Below, in pieces: positions 8,731 to 19,943 of a stretch of 64,000 nucleotides of DNA. The notes under the pieces were generated by a model that did not search any database, was not told where the DNA came from, and saw only the letters and a program-made list of their open reading frames with translations. Source of the stretch: Candidatus Brennerbacteria bacterium RIFOXYC1_FULL_41_11 (GTDB taxonomy: Bacteria > Patescibacteriota > Minisyncoccia > UBA6257 > Brennerbacteraceae); the NCBI GenBank assembly GCA_001817215.1, contig MHHX01000019.1, positions 16,302-80,301 of the forward strand, in the 5' to 3' direction. The translations under genes and the position numbers were made by a program. How positions within the stretch are numbered: the first letter of the stretch is position 1; the number at the start of each line of letters is the position of its first letter.

Positions 8731-9347
8731 AGATTTATATTTAGAAGCTAGAAAGTAAAATAAATACAGATTGAGTATACTTGAAAATACTGAAAATATC
8801 AAATCAGAATAAAAATGTCTCTGGTTGCGGGCGCGGCAACCAGAGACTGGGCAAACAGATTTTGTGCTATGGCATTTTCCTGGAGAGTTTTAGGTCGCGA
8901 ACCCGACAAAACCAGTTTTGCCGGAATATCTTGAAAACACGTCTGTTTCAAAAAATCTCCTTTGGATAATCTGTTCGGCTTGGCGGTACAACCAATTTCT
9001 CTGGGTTTACAGAGATGTTTGTTAATTTGCTCACTCCGCCAGTAGTCTCGAGCACGTTTTTCTCCTTGAGCGCCTCGGAAAATTAGTGCAGCCGGAGCTA
9101 GCTATCAATTTATACAACAAATTTACGATGATGTAAATCTTTAAGATACATCTTCGGTTTGATATAGTTAACTGGATGGATCCCGTAGTGAATTTTTGAT
9201 AGCCCTGCCTACCGGTAGGCAGGTTCTCAAGTATTTTTTGCTACCGTTTATTTGTGTGATAAAGATGATTTAATAGAGTTTGCACTATAAGACATGTTTA
9301 ACGTATTAACATTTGAGGCTAAAAATTAGTCAAAAACCTACTACGGG

Positions 9348-9968
9348 ATGGAAACAGTATTTTATTTTTTAGTTTTTATCTTTTCTGCCGTTATTCATGA
9401 AGTGTCTCACGGTTTTGTCGCTAAGGCTCTTGGCGATGATACGGCGGAGAAGGAAGGCAGGTTGACTTTGAATCCAATTAAGCACCTTGATCCAATCGGT
9501 TCGATTCTTCTGCCTTTTGTTTTTTACCTAACGTCAAAACTCGCCAGTGGTCAGGGTATGATTTTCGGTTGGGCAAAACCAGTGCCTTTTAATCCTTATA
9601 ATCTGAAAAATCCCAAACAAGGAAGTCTTTTGATCGCTCTGGCCGGTCCGTTGTCTAATTTTTTTGTAGCGTTTTGTTTGAGTTTGGTTTTGCGACTAGG
9701 CATGGTCAATGGAGTTCTGGCGGAATTATTTGGCATTATTGTTTTAATCAATCTGGCACTTGCTGTTTTTAACTTGATGCCGATTCCACCGCTTGACGGT
9801 TCAAAAGTCTTGTTTGGATTGTTGCCTGATAGCTTGGCGCATGTTGAGGATTTTTTAGAAAGAAATAGTATGATTTTTTTCCTGATGTTTTTTTTGTGGG
9901 GCGGTGATTTAGTTTATTCAATTGTTTTCGGGCTTTTTTCGATTTTCACCGGCGTTGGCGGTTACTGA
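9348..9968 (+). CDS. Membrane Zn-metalloprotease, site-2 protease / peptidase M50-like family
   Basis: HEVSHGF (HExxH) in the first TM helix, LNPIKHLDPIGS motif, multiple TM helices, LMPIPPLDGSKV near the C-terminus. Confidence 0.7.
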   Translation: METVFYFLVFIFSAVIHEVSHGFVAKALGDDTAEKEGRLTLNPIKHLDPIGSILLPFVFYLTSKLASGQGMIFGWAKPVPFNPYNLKNPKQGSLLIALAGPLSNFFVAFCLSLVLRLGMVNGVLAELFGIIVLINLALAVFNLMPIPPLDGSKVLFGLLPDSLAHVEDFLERNSMIFFLMFFLWGGDLVYSIVFGLFSIFTGVGGY

Positions 9969-10188
9969 GTTGATTTTTAACCACATTTTTGATAAAGTCT
10001 TTATGCTTAGATGTTTTGACATTTGAGCTCTAACATTTGAGCTTTTTTATTTTAGCTTATCCCGTACTGAATCTTGGCCTTTTGGTTGTTGTCGAGAAGA
10101 TGGGTCGAGTAGAATAAATCGGCTTTAATAATTATTTTTTTGCTTCGCTTAATTTAAGTTTCGCGATTCTTAAAATTTTAGTAACAGG

Positions 10189-10620
10189 ATGCCGACAATC
10201 AATCAATTGATAAGAAAGGGTCGAAAGGTCTTGAAAAAGAAAACCAAGGCTGTTGCCCTGAGGCGTTATTTTAATCCCATAAAAAATAAAGCCAAAATTT
10301 CACCATCTCCTTTCAAGCGTGGTGTTTGTATTAAGGTTTTTACAACGACGCCGAAAAAGCCTAACTCTGCTTTGCGAAAGGTTGCTAGGGTTAGATTGAC
10401 TAATGGCATGGAAGTTACGGCTTACATTCCCGGTGAGGGACATAATCTTCAGGAGCATTCTGCGGTGGTTATTCGTGGCGGCAGAGTAAAGGATCTTCCG
10501 GGCGTGAGGTATCATATTGTTCGCGGCGTTCTTGATACGCAAGGGGTGAATAAAAGGAAGCAACAGCGGTCAAAATACGGCGCGAAAAAGCAAAAACCGA
10601 ATGATCAAAAGGATCTTTAA
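10189..10620 (+). CDS. rpsL: Ribosomal protein S12
   Basis: [13 protein letters not shown]...[19 protein letters not shown]... Confidence 0.95.
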   Translation: MPTINQLIRKGRKVLKKKTKAVALRRYFNPIKNKAKISPSPFKRGVCIKVFTTTPKKPNSALRKVARVRLTNGMEVTAYIPGEGHNLQEHSAVVIRGGRVKDLPGVRYHIVRGVLDTQGVNKRKQQRSKYGAKKQKPNDQKDL

Positions 10621-10638
10621 AAAAGAAACAAAAAATCA

Positions 10639-11106
10639 ATGAGACGGAAAGTTAATTACAAAAGAGAATACAAACCTGACCCAAAGTTCGAAAATCAATT
10701 GGTTGGCAGATTTATCAATCAAGTCATGAAAGACGGTAAGAAATCAACTGCCCAAAGGATTGTTTTTCGCGCTTTTGAAGAGATTGAAAAAACAAAAAAG
10801 CAAAATCCAGTGACGGTTTTTGAGTCGGCGATAAGAAATTGTTCGCCTTTAGTGGAAACCCGTTCAAAAAGGGTTGGTGGTGCGAATTATCAAGTGCCGA
10901 TGGAAGTCAGGGGTGAAAGGAAAATTGCCTTGGCCATCCGTTGGATTCTATCTGCTTCAAGAGGGAAAAAGGGGAAGCCGATGCACGAAAAGCTGGCTGA
11001 AGAGTTGATGATGGCTTCACAAAATGAAGGAGGCGCCGTTAAAAAGAAGACCGATGTTCAGAAAATGGCAGAGGCAAACAGGGCCTTTGCGCACTTTGCC
11101 AGATAA
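10639..11106 (+). CDS. rpsG: Ribosomal protein S7
   Basis: S7 family sequence (...[14 protein letters not shown]...[11 protein letters not shown]...) immediately downstream of rpsL. Confidence 0.95.
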   Translation: MRRKVNYKREYKPDPKFENQLVGRFINQVMKDGKKSTAQRIVFRAFEEIEKTKKQNPVTVFESAIRNCSPLVETRSKRVGGANYQVPMEVRGERKIALAIRWILSASRGKKGKPMHEKLAEELMMASQNEGGAVKKKTDVQKMAEANRAFAHFAR

Positions 11107-11111
11107 AATTT

Positions 11112-13232
11112 ATGGCTCGAGAATATTCCCTTGAAAAGACTAGAGACTTTGGCATTATTGCTCACATTGACGCCGGGAAAACTACTGTTTCCGAAAGAGT
11201 GCTTTTTTATACCGGTATTACTCACAAGATCGGTGAAGTTCACGAGGGCGCAGCCGTAATGGACTGGATGGTCCAAGAGCGCGAACGCGGCATTACGATC
11301 ACTTCTGCGGCAACAACTTGTTTTTGGACCCAAACTTATAAACCAAATTTTGGTCAGGGCAAAGGAGATTATCGGTTTAATCTGATCGACACTCCTGGCC
11401 ACATAGATTTCACCGTTGAGGTGAAGCGTTCTTTGCGTGTTCTTGACGGCGCGGTTGTTGTTTTTGACGGTGTTTCCGGAGTTGAGCCTCAATCGGAAAC
11501 CAACTGGCGTTATGCAGACGAATATAAAGTACCGCGTCTTTGTTTTATTAATAAACTTGATCGTCTCGGTGCGAGTTTTGAAAATTCTTTGGCTTCAATT
11601 CACGAAAGGCTGACTGTTAATGCTGTTCCAATTCAGCTGAATATCGGTTTGGAAAGTCAGTTCGTTGGTGTTATTGATTTGATAAGAATGAAAGCTGCTT
11701 ATTTCGACGGGGATCGGGGCGAGACTGTCAGGCTTGAGGAAATACCACAAGATCTTTTGAACCGAGCCAAGGAGGCGAGAGCGGCAATGATTGAGAAGGC
11801 TGCAGAGCAAGACGATGTCTTAATGGAAAAATATCTTGCTGGTCAAGAGCTGACCGAAGACGAGATTCGTTCTGGAATCCGCAAGGGTACTTTGGCTTAT
11901 AACTTTGTACCGGTTCTCTGCGGATCAGCTTTGCATAATAAAGGCGTTCAACTTATGCTTGATGCGGTGGTGGATTTTTTGCCATCACCAGAAGACATTT
12001 CTGAGACGAAACCAATCAAGGGCATTAATCCGAAAAATGGCGAAGAGTTGATCAGACAGCCAAGCGATTCCGAATCTTTCGCGGCCTTGGCGTTTAAAGT
12101 GGCGGCTGATCCCTTTGTCGGCAGTTTAGTTTATTTTCGTGTTTATGCTGGTTCGTTAAAGCGTGGCAGCTATGTGTTTAATGTAACCAAGGAAGAACAG
12201 GAGCGGGTTGGCAGAATCTTGAGGATGCACGCTAATCAAAGAGAAGAGGTTGAGGAGGTCTATACCGGGGACATTGCCGCGTTGGTTGGTATGAAAAATA
12301 CCTCTACCGGAGATACGCTTTGTGAACAAGCAAATCAGATCTTGCTTGAAAGAATTATCGTGCCAGAACCAGTGATTTCAATGAAGATTGAACCGAAGAC
12401 GAAGATTGATCAAGAGAAAATGGGACTGGTTTTGAAAAAACTTCAAGAAGAAGATCCGACTTTCAGAGTTAAGACTGATCAGGAAACTCTGGAGACAATT
12501 ATCTCCGGTATGGGAGAGTTGCATCTGGATGTTTTAGTAGATCGGATGAAAAGAGAGTTCGGTGTTGAGGTTAATGTCGGTCGACCGCAAGTAGCTTATC
12601 GTGAAACTATTAGGCGCGAAGCCAAAGAAGAAGGAAAATACATCAGGCAGTCTGGAGGTCGCGGTCAGTATGGTCATGTTTGGCTTGAGATCAAGCCGAG
12701 AGAACGTGGTCTGGGCTTTAAGTTCAATAATTTGATTAAAGGAGGCGTGATTCCTTCAGAGTATATCCCGGCAGTCGAGAAGGGTGTTAAGGAAGCTATG
12801 GACCGTGGTATTATCGCCGGTTTTCCGTTATCTGATATTGAGGTTAGTCTTTATGACGGTTCTTATCATGATGTCGATTCTTCAGAATCTGCTTTCAAGA
12901 TTGCGGGGTCCATGGCTTTTCAAGGGGCGGTCAAAAAAGCTGACCCGGTTCTTTTGGAACCGATCATGAAGGTTGAGGTAATTGTTCCGGAAAAATTCCT
13001 TGGAGATATCACCGGAGATCTTTCCTCCAAGAGAGCAAGAATTGAAAGAATGGGCGATCGGGCCGGGGCGAAGATCATTGATTCCATGGTGCCGCTGGCC
13101 GAGATGTTCGGTTACGCGACAAAATTAAGGTCAATGACTGAGGGTCGCGGGACATTTACGATGGAGTTTGACCATTACGAAGAAGTTCCAAGGAATATTG
13201 CCGAGCAGGTAGCTTCAGGCGCAAAGAAGTAG
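11112..13232 (+). CDS. fusA: Elongation factor G
   Basis: [26 protein letters not shown]-motifs; 706 aa; str-operon position. Confidence 0.95.
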   Translation: MAREYSLEKTRDFGIIAHIDAGKTTVSERVLFYTGITHKIGEVHEGAAVMDWMVQERERGITITSAATTCFWTQTYKPNFGQGKGDYRFNLIDTPGHIDFTVEVKRSLRVLDGAVVVFDGVSGVEPQSETNWRYADEYKVPRLCFINKLDRLGASFENSLASIHERLTVNAVPIQLNIGLESQFVGVIDLIRMKAAYFDGDRGETVRLEEIPQDLLNRAKEARAAMIEKAAEQDDVLMEKYLAGQELTEDEIRSGIRKGTLAYNFVPVLCGSALHNKGVQLMLDAVVDFLPSPEDISETKPIKGINPKNGEELIRQPSDSESFAALAFKVAADPFVGSLVYFRVYAGSLKRGSYVFNVTKEEQERVGRILRMHANQREEVEEVYTGDIAALVGMKNTSTGDTLCEQANQILLERIIVPEPVISMKIEPKTKIDQEKMGLVLKKLQEEDPTFRVKTDQETLETIISGMGELHLDVLVDRMKREFGVEVNVGRPQVAYRETIRREAKEEGKYIRQSGGRGQYGHVWLEIKPRERGLGFKFNNLIKGGVIPSEYIPAVEKGVKEAMDRGIIAGFPLSDIEVSLYDGSYHDVDSSESAFKIAGSMAFQGAVKKADPVLLEPIMKVEVIVPEKFLGDITGDLSSKRARIERMGDRAGAKIIDSMVPLAEMFGYATKLRSMTEGRGTFTMEFDHYEEVPRNIAEQVASGAKK

Positions 13233-13343
13233 GTTTTTTTATGGGCTACGGTGAGTTCGTCGAATCCGTTGACTTTTAGCCTGACCTGAGCTAAAATCTT
13301 AAACACGTTATCAGTAAATTAAAGTTTTAAAAAATAATATCAT

Positions 13344-14537
13344 ATGGCTACAGGAACATTTGAAAGAACAAAGCCGCATGTTAATGTCGGTACAATTGGT
13401 CACGTTGACCACGGTAAAACGACTTTAACCTCTGCTATCACCAAGGTTTTGTCGATGAAAGGTCTTGCCAAGGGTCTTGATTACGCAGAGATCGACAAGG
13501 CTCCTGAAGAAAAAGCTCGTGGCGTGACGATTAATCTTCATCACACTGAATACGAATCAGAGAAAAGGCACTACGCTCATATTGACGCTCCTGGTCATGC
13601 TGATTACATCAAGAACATGATCACTGGCGCCGCCCAGATGGACGGTGCGATCTTGGTTGTTTCGGCTCCAGATGGTCCGATGCCTCAAACCAGAGAACAC
13701 ATTCTTTTGGCGAGACAGGTGGCAGTACCGAAAATTGTTGTTTTTATGAATAAAGTGGACATGGTTGATGACCCTGAACTTTTGGATCTTGTTGAGGCCG
13801 ACATTCGCGAACTTTTGAAAAAATATGAGTTTCCTGGTGACGAGACTCCGATTATTCGTGGCTCAGCTTTGAAAGCCATGGAGGCCAAGACGCTTGATGA
13901 TCCGGCTGTTAAACCAATTCTCGATCTTGTAGCTAAGATTGACGAGTACATTCCAGAACCGACACGTGATATTGATAAACCATTCTTAATGCCTATTGAG
14001 GATATTTTCTCAATTGAAGGTCGCGGTACGGTGGTAACGGGCAGAATCACTCGTGGCATTGTTAAGATTAACGAGGAAGTTGAAATTGTCGGTATCAAAC
14101 CGACAGTAAAAACCGTGGTGACTGGTATCGAGATGTTTAATAAGTCTTTGAACGAAGGAAGGGCTGGTGATAATGCCGGAATTTTGCTTCGTGGCACAAA
14201 AAAGGAAGATGTTCAAAGGGGCCAGGTCTTGGCCAAGTCAGGTTCGATTACTCCACACACTGATTTTGAGTGCGAAGTCGTTGTTTTGAAAAAAGAAGAG
14301 GGTGGCCGACACACTGCGTTCATGAATGGTTACAAACCGCAGTTTTACATTGGCACAACTGATGTGACGGGTGATATCACCTTGCCAGAGGGACGGGAAC
14401 TGGTAATGCCCGGAGACGCCGCTTCTTTCTCGGTTAAACTGATTCACCCCGTGGCACTTGAAGAAAGACAGAGATTCGCTTTCAGGGAGGGCGGCAAGAC
14501 CGTTGGTGCTGGCGTAGTGACAAAGATTGTCAAGTAA
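13344..14537 (+). CDS. tuf: Elongation factor Tu
   Basis: [26 protein letters not shown]; 397 aa. Confidence 0.97.
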   Translation: MATGTFERTKPHVNVGTIGHVDHGKTTLTSAITKVLSMKGLAKGLDYAEIDKAPEEKARGVTINLHHTEYESEKRHYAHIDAPGHADYIKNMITGAAQMDGAILVVSAPDGPMPQTREHILLARQVAVPKIVVFMNKVDMVDDPELLDLVEADIRELLKKYEFPGDETPIIRGSALKAMEAKTLDDPAVKPILDLVAKIDEYIPEPTRDIDKPFLMPIEDIFSIEGRGTVVTGRITRGIVKINEEVEIVGIKPTVKTVVTGIEMFNKSLNEGRAGDNAGILLRGTKKEDVQRGQVLAKSGSITPHTDFECEVVVLKKEEGGRHTAFMNGYKPQFYIGTTDVTGDITLPEGRELVMPGDAASFSVKLIHPVALEERQRFAFREGGKTVGAGVVTKIVK

Positions 14538-14582
14538 GGGTTATTAATTGCCACAAATCAGTAATAGCGAAAAGAGAAATAA

Positions 14583-14912
14583 ATGGCTGTTGCCTCAGAA
14601 CCTAAACAAAAGATGAGAATCAAGATTAAGTCTTATGATCATAAGGTTATCGACTCATCTTGCAAATTGATTATTGAAACGGCGCAAAGATACGGAGCCG
14701 AGATCGTTGGTCCGATTCCTCTGCCGACGGAGATCAAGAAATACACCGTGAATCGTTCGACTTTTATCCATAAAAGTTCTCGGGAACAGTTCGAAATGAG
14801 AATCCATAAGCGCTTGATCGATATTTTAAATCCGCAGGTGAAAACCATTGAAGCTTTGACGAATCTTGTTCTGCCTGCGGGTACAGAGATTGAGGTAAAG
14901 ATGAACGCTTAG
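14583..14912 (+). CDS. rpsJ: Ribosomal protein S10
   Basis: [20 protein letters not shown]...; alternative start at 14613. Confidence 0.9.
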   Translation: MAVASEPKQKMRIKIKSYDHKVIDSSCKLIIETAQRYGAEIVGPIPLPTEIKKYTVNRSTFIHKSSREQFEMRIHKRLIDILNPQVKTIEALTNLVLPAGTEIEVKMNA

Positions 14913-15115
14913 AATTGAGATTGTTGGTTTAGGGGTACGCCCCCACACCCGTCCTTGTAAAGCTGCCGTGAGAGAAAAAGTTTTCTGAAGAATTAAATCT
15001 CTTTTAGAGTTATTTATCAGAATAGGTGTGGGGGTGGTTTTAGAAAAGCGTCCCAACCAGACGCTTTTCTCAATGCTTATTGAGTAAAAAATTATAGAAA
15101 ATTAATTTTAACGCG
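14913..15115. promoter_or_regulatory. Unusually long structured spacer (about 200 nt) between rpsJ and rplC, with a long-range stem and a terminator-like hairpin
   Basis: CCCCACACC at 14948-14956 is complementary to GGTGTGGGG at 15027-15035. Hairpin GAAAAGCGTC-ccaaccag-ACGCTTTTC at 15040-15066. Confidence 0.4.
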
Positions 15116-15721
15116 ATGCGTTTATTAATCGGAAAAAAATTAGGCATGATGCAGGTTTTTGATGAGGCATCTGGTAAGGCTACGCCAGTGAGTCTGGTTT
15201 TGGCTGAACCAGTGACAGTTACGGGAATCAAAGACTCTGAGAAACATGGCTACTCAGCCGTTCAAGTTGGATATGGCAGAAAAAAGTTTGTCAAGAGGCC
15301 ACAGGTGAAGATCGGATCTTTCGCATTATTGAAAGAGTTTCGCGTTGATAATGGTAAGGAAAATAATTTTCATCTTGGCGATCAGATTGGACTTGATATT
15401 TTTTCAAAAGGAGAGAAGCTTGATGTTTTTGGTATTTCTAAGGGACGTGGTTTTGCCGGTGTAGTAAAGAGGCATGGTTTTGCCGGTGGACCGAAATCTC
15501 ACGGGCAGAAGCACAGAGTGAGAGCTCCGGGATCAATCGGTTCGACAACTCCACAGCGAGTTGTTAAGGGTAAAAAAATGGCTGGTCACATGGGATCAAA
15601 AAGAGTGAGTGTGAAGAACCTAGAGGTGGTTAACATTGATTCGGAAAAGAAAATAATCTTTTTGAAGGGTGCAATTCCTGGTTACGCCGGATCGTTACTA
15701 GAGTTGCGATCAAGGTTATAG
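15116..15721 (+). CDS. rplC: Ribosomal protein L3
   Basis: MRLLIGKKLGMMQVFDE... typical L3 N-terminus. Confidence 0.95.
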   Translation: MRLLIGKKLGMMQVFDEASGKATPVSLVLAEPVTVTGIKDSEKHGYSAVQVGYGRKKFVKRPQVKIGSFALLKEFRVDNGKENNFHLGDQIGLDIFSKGEKLDVFGISKGRGFAGVVKRHGFAGGPKSHGQKHRVRAPGSIGSTTPQRVVKGKKMAGHMGSKRVSVKNLEVVNIDSEKKIIFLKGAIPGYAGSLLELRSRL

Positions 15722-15724
15722 AAT

Positions 15725-16399
15725 ATGAAACGCGAAACAGAAAAAATTATTGTCCCGGTTGTTGATTTTAAGGGAGAAAAGGTGAAAGAACTGGAATTAC
15801 CCGACAATATTTTTGGTTTAAAAATGAATCACGATTTGGTTTTTCAGGTAGTTAGAATTCTTCAGCTGAAAAACAAAAAACCGATTGCTCATGCTAAGGG
15901 TCGCGGAGAAGTTTCTGGAGGCGGCATAAAGCCTAGACCACAAAAAGGTACTGGCAGGTCTCGCCAAGGGTCAATTCGTTCTCCTTTGTGGAAGGGCGGT
16001 GGCGTCACTCATGGTCCGTTAAATGAAAGGAACTATGATCTGAAATTGAATAAAAGAATGAAAGACCTAGCTTTTTTGCAAATTCTGTCTGATAAAGCCA
16101 AACAGTCTTTGATTGTTGTTGAAGGTAAAATCGCGCTTAAAGAATCGAAAACAAAATTCGCGGATGAGTTGATGAAGAAAATTTTCGCGAATAAAAAGAT
16201 TAAAAGAACCTTGATGGCGCAGGATTTTGATGATAAGTCCATGGCAAGATCTTTTTATAACTTACCTTATCTCAAATTAATTTCGGTGAAAAATCTGAAC
16301 ATTCTTGATTTGATGAATTTTCCTCAGCTTTTGCTTTCTGAGCAGTCTTTGAATGATTTGATTGATTTTTTGTCGCAGAAGACGGTAGCGAAAAAATAA
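15725..16399 (+). CDS. rplD: Ribosomal protein L4
   Basis: L4 family; position after rplC. Confidence 0.9.
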   Translation: MKRETEKIIVPVVDFKGEKVKELELPDNIFGLKMNHDLVFQVVRILQLKNKKPIAHAKGRGEVSGGGIKPRPQKGTGRSRQGSIRSPLWKGGGVTHGPLNERNYDLKLNKRMKDLAFLQILSDKAKQSLIVVEGKIALKESKTKFADELMKKIFANKKIKRTLMAQDFDDKSMARSFYNLPYLKLISVKNLNILDLMNFPQLLLSEQSLNDLIDFLSQKTVAKK

Positions 16400-16405
16400 A
16401 CCACA

Positions 16406-16681
16406 ATGACAACGTTAATATTGAAAAAACCTCATTTGAGCGAAAAGGCAACCTTCTTGAAAGAGAAGAATAATGCCTATGTTTTCGTCGTTGATAAGAC
16501 AGCCAATAAAAAAACTGTTGCTCAAGAGATCAAGCGGCTTTATAAGGTAGAGGTTTCCGATGTTAGAATTGTAAATCTTCCCAAAAAACCAAAAAATCTT
16601 GGAAAAACACGGGGATTTTCAGCTGGTTTTAAAAAAGCGATCGTTTATATTAAAACTGGTCAGGCGATTAATATAGTTTAA
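16406..16681 (+). CDS. rplW: Ribosomal protein L23
   Basis: 91 aa, L23-like; operon position. Confidence 0.85.
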   Translation: MTTLILKKPHLSEKATFLKEKNNAYVFVVDKTANKKTVAQEIKRLYKVEVSDVRIVNLPKKPKNLGKTRGFSAGFKKAIVYIKTGQAINIV

Positions 16682-16682
16682 A

Positions 16683-17540
16683 ATGGCAATCAAGATATCA
16701 AAACCAACTTCAGCCGGCAGGCGCCATTCTCAGGTGGTAGATTATTCTTCTTTGTCGAAGACAAAACCCTACAAACCATTGTTGGCCGAAATAAGAAAAA
16801 CCGGCGGACGGAATAATACCGGGCGCATCACCATGCGACATCAAGGCGGCGGCGTGAAAAGGATGTATCGGGTGATGGAGTTTGGTCAGGGTTTTTTGGG
16901 TAAAATGGATTCAAGAAAAGCTAAGGTGGAGACAGTCGAGTATGATCCGAATCGAACTGCTTTTATTTCATTGGTTCTTCTTGATAACGGCAGGCGATTA
17001 TATATTTTGACGTCCGCAGGAGTAAAACCCGGAGATGTTATTGAGATTGCGGGGAAAGCGGAACTGAAATTGGGCAATCGGATGAGACTCAAAAATATTC
17101 CGGTTGGAACTCAGGTTCATAATATTGAGTTGAGACCAGATCAAAAAGGAAAACTTGTACGTTCGGCTGGTTCTTTTGCGACGGTAATGGCGCATGAAGG
17201 TAGATATGCGATTTTGAAGATGCCTTCGAGCGAGGTTAGACGCGTTGATGTTGAGTCGTTCGCTTCAATAGGTCAAGTTTCTAATTTTGAGAGACGTTTG
17301 GTTTCATGGGGCAAGGCTGGTAGGTCGCGCCTCAGGGGTATTCGCCCGACCGTTAGAGCCAAGGCAATGAATCCCAGAGATCACCCTTATGGTGGTGGTG
17401 AGGGTAAGACTACGCGTGGCACCAAAAGACCAAAAGATAAATGGGGGAATATTACTGGTGGTCGAAAAACCAGAAATAAGAAGAAATACTCAAAAAAACT
17501 CGTTTTACAAAGAAGAGTTAAGCCCAGAAAACAAAAATAA
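16683..17540 (+). CDS. rplB: Ribosomal protein L2 with a basic C-terminal extension
   Basis: ...MRHQGGG...[12 protein letters not shown]...; 285 aa with a K/R-rich tail. Confidence 0.95.
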   Translation: MAIKISKPTSAGRRHSQVVDYSSLSKTKPYKPLLAEIRKTGGRNNTGRITMRHQGGGVKRMYRVMEFGQGFLGKMDSRKAKVETVEYDPNRTAFISLVLLDNGRRLYILTSAGVKPGDVIEIAGKAELKLGNRMRLKNIPVGTQVHNIELRPDQKGKLVRSAGSFATVMAHEGRYAILKMPSSEVRRVDVESFASIGQVSNFERRLVSWGKAGRSRLRGIRPTVRAKAMNPRDHPYGGGEGKTTRGTKRPKDKWGNITGGRKTRNKKKYSKKLVLQRRVKPRKQK

Positions 17541-17542
17541 AC

Positions 17543-17839
17543 ATGTCAAGAAGTCTTAAAAAAGGTCCTTACGTTGATCAAAGATTGCTCTCTAAAGTTC
17601 TGAAACTTGAAAAGAGCAACAAGACAGCGATAAAAACATGGGCCAGAGATTGCACAATTATTCCCGAGATGGTCGGTTTCGGTTTCAGTGTTCACAATGG
17701 CAAGCATTTTATCGACGTTTTTGCGACTGAAGACATGGTCGGACATCGTTTAGGGGAGTTTTCGCCGACGAGAAAATTTATTAAACATGGCGGGAAGAAG
17801 CAGAAAGAAATGGAAACTAAGAAAAAGACTCAAGCTTGA
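17543..17839 (+). CDS. rpsS: Ribosomal protein S19
   Basis: [16 protein letters not shown]...HNGKHF... Confidence 0.95.
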   Translation: MSRSLKKGPYVDQRLLSKVLKLEKSNKTAIKTWARDCTIIPEMVGFGFSVHNGKHFIDVFATEDMVGHRLGEFSPTRKFIKHGGKKQKEMETKKKTQA

Positions 17840-17853
17840 TAATATAGAAAGAT

Positions 17854-18372
17854 ATGGACTCTGTTTTTGCAAAATTGAGAAATTTAAGAGTATCGCCTAA
17901 AAAGGTGAGACAAGTGACCAGGCTTTTAAAGGGCATGAGTTATTTTGAGGCTGAGTCGCAACTTCTGCACTTACCTCAGAAAAGCGTTCCCGGCGTTTTG
18001 AAGCTTTTGCGATCAGCCGGAGCTAACGCGGAGAACAATTTTAATCTTTCCAAACAAGACATTTTTGTTTCAAAAATTCTGGTTGATGCCGGACCGACGT
18101 TAAAGAGAATGATGGAGCGAGCTCGCGGCCGTGGAATGTTGATCAATAAGAGAACATCTCAGATAACTTTATTTTTATCTTCAAAATCAGGCAAGAAAAT
18201 TGACTTAGCGTCGTCTGCCAAGCATCACAGTTCGGTTAATCAAGGGAAAACGAAGATTTCAACTCAGGGCAGATCTGCCAAGGCTCACATTAGAAATAAG
18301 TCAGTAGCGGGAGAAAAAGGCCGAAAATCCTCAGGTGTCAAGCGGAAAATTTTTAGTCGTAAAGCAATTTAA
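17854..18372 (+). CDS. rplV: Ribosomal protein L22 with a C-terminal extension of about 60 aa, S/K-rich
   Basis: L22 core (...VSPKKVRQVTRLLKGMSYFEAESQL...) followed by SSKSGKKIDLASSAKHHSSVNQGKTKIST... tail; 172 aa versus a typical ~110. Confidence 0.9.
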   Translation: MDSVFAKLRNLRVSPKKVRQVTRLLKGMSYFEAESQLLHLPQKSVPGVLKLLRSAGANAENNFNLSKQDIFVSKILVDAGPTLKRMMERARGRGMLINKRTSQITLFLSSKSGKKIDLASSAKHHSSVNQGKTKISTQGRSAKAHIRNKSVAGEKGRKSSGVKRKIFSRKAI

Positions 18373-18404
18373 TCGATCGTCAATTATCAATATCATTTAA
18401 ACAC

Positions 18405-19058
18405 ATGACACATAAGACAAATCCGATCAGTCATCGTCTCGGCATTTTTGAAAATTGGCGCTCGCGTTATTTCAAACCGAAAGAGTTTGGTTTTCTTTTG
18501 GAGGAAGATCTGAAGATGAGAGAGGTTATCGATCATAAATTCAAGCGCTCTGGGATTGAGAAGATTGAAATTGAAAGATCTGGAAATCAGGTAAAAATCT
18601 TTATTTTTTCCGGAAGACCGGGATTGATTATCGGTCGTGGCGGCACCGGTATTAGTGATCTTCGGCAACTATTAGAAAAAGAGGTAAAAAAGTTAAGGGC
18701 GAAGAAGAAAAAATCCCAAGATTTTCTGATTCAGCTGAACGTTGAAGAAGTCAAAAAACCAGATATTTCGGCTCAACTTGTGGCTGAAAATGTTGCTTTG
18801 AATCTTGAAAAAAGAATGCCTTTCAGAAGAACAATCAAAATGGCAGTGCTAAAGGTAATGAGTTATAAAGAGGTTAGCGGCGTGAAGATTCAGGTTTCCG
18901 GAAGGCTTGATGGTGCTGATATCGCTAGAAGAGAATGGGTTTCTGATGGCAAGATTCCTTTAATTACGTTGAGATCAAAAATTGATTACGGCACGATCAG
19001 GGCCTCAATCCCCCAAGGAGATATAGGAATTAAGGTTTGGGTTTATAAAGGAGAATAA
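18405..19058 (+). CDS. rpsC: Ribosomal protein S3
   Basis: MTHKTNPISHRLGIFENWRSRYF... KH domain. Confidence 0.95.
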   Translation: MTHKTNPISHRLGIFENWRSRYFKPKEFGFLLEEDLKMREVIDHKFKRSGIEKIEIERSGNQVKIFIFSGRPGLIIGRGGTGISDLRQLLEKEVKKLRAKKKKSQDFLIQLNVEEVKKPDISAQLVAENVALNLEKRMPFRRTIKMAVLKVMSYKEVSGVKIQVSGRLDGADIARREWVSDGKIPLITLRSKIDYGTIRASIPQGDIGIKVWVYKGE

Positions 19059-19061
19059 AAC

Positions 19062-19472
19062 ATGTTGGCGCCTAAGAAAATGAAACATAAAAAGTGGAAT
19101 CGTGGCCGTTCACGATCAAGGCTTGTGGAAACACGAGGCAAGGACCTTGCTTTTGGCGAATTTGGACTGCAAGCTCTCGAAGCGGTCTGGATGACCGCTA
19201 ATCAGATCGAATCTGCTCGAAAAGTTATCTCGAAATATGTGAAAAAAGGTGGTAAGATGTGGATTCGTATTTTTCCAGATAAACCCGTGACACAGAAGCC
19301 GCCGGAGGTAACCATGGGGTCCGGCAAGGGTGCTGTCGATCACTATGTTTTCCCGGTTAAGCCCGGAAGGGTTATTTTTGAGGTTTCCGGAGTATCAAAG
19401 GATCTGGCCGAGAAGGCTTTAAATCAAGCAGGTTATAAGCTACCATTTAAAACCAAGATTATTTCTGAGTAG
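19062..19472 (+). CDS. rplP: Ribosomal protein L16
   Basis: MLAPKKMKHKKWNRGR... L16 family. Confidence 0.95.
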   Translation: MLAPKKMKHKKWNRGRSRSRLVETRGKDLAFGEFGLQALEAVWMTANQIESARKVISKYVKKGGKMWIRIFPDKPVTQKPPEVTMGSGKGAVDHYVFPVKPGRVIFEVSGVSKDLAEKALNQAGYKLPFKTKIISE

Positions 19473-19478
19473 AATTTC

Positions 19479-19685
19479 ATGAAAACCAAAACTTTAAAAG
19501 ATTTTAAGAGCAAGACAGAGTCAGAGTTGGTTTCTTTGTTGCCGGAACTAAAGAAGAAACTCCAGGAGTTCAGTTTTGGTCTGAAACTGGGCAAACTTCA
19601 GAATGTTAGCCAGATTTCTAAGACAAGAAGGGATATTGCCAGAATTAAAATGATTTTGAGTTCTGAATATGGAAAAAAGTCATAA
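19479..19685 (+). CDS. rpmC: Ribosomal protein L29
   Basis: 68 aa helical protein between rplP and rpsQ. Confidence 0.85.
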   Translation: MKTKTLKDFKSKTESELVSLLPELKKKLQEFSFGLKLGKLQNVSQISKTRRDIARIKMILSSEYGKKS

Positions 19686-19926
19686 AAAAAGAAGGTTATC
19701 TGGAGAAGTGCTTTCGACCAAGATGCAGAAAACAGCTGTGGTTGAGGTGAAGAGGATAAAGATCAACTCTCGTTATCAAAAGAGAATTACTTTGAGCTCC
19801 CGGTTTAAAGCCGAAAACCCGGATAATCTTTTTAAAGAAGGGGACTTTGTCACTATTGAAGAAACTAGACCTTTATCGAAAGATAAGAGGTGGTTGATTA
19901 TTGGCAAGACGAAAAAAATTACTTAG
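19669..19926 (+). CDS. rpsQ: Ribosomal protein S17
   Basis: ...[25 protein letters not shown]...; overlaps rpmC by 17 nt. Confidence 0.9.
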   Translation: MEKSHKKRRLSGEVLSTKMQKTAVVEVKRIKINSRYQKRITLSSRFKAENPDNLFKEGDFVTIEETRPLSKDKRWLIIGKTKKIT

Positions 19927-19943
19927 TTTTTTATTTTTTTGTT

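Noticed and set aside
8781-8969. 62-aa plus-strand ORF in the rpmB-protease gap
   Set aside because: It begins inside a perfect 12-bp hairpin and is G/C/R-rich from GC-rich structured DNA. No RBS. More likely non-coding.
13685-14447. Several antisense ORFs of 60-170 aa inside tuf (13685-14197, 14010-14216, 14238-14447 minus), and similar ones inside fusA, rpsL, rplB, dnaB, cysS, groEL, uvrA, dnaK and others
   Set aside because: They lie entirely within, and antisense or out-of-frame to, highly conserved genes with unmistakable protein signatures. Their translations are low-complexity and have no RBS. These are ordinary shadow ORFs.
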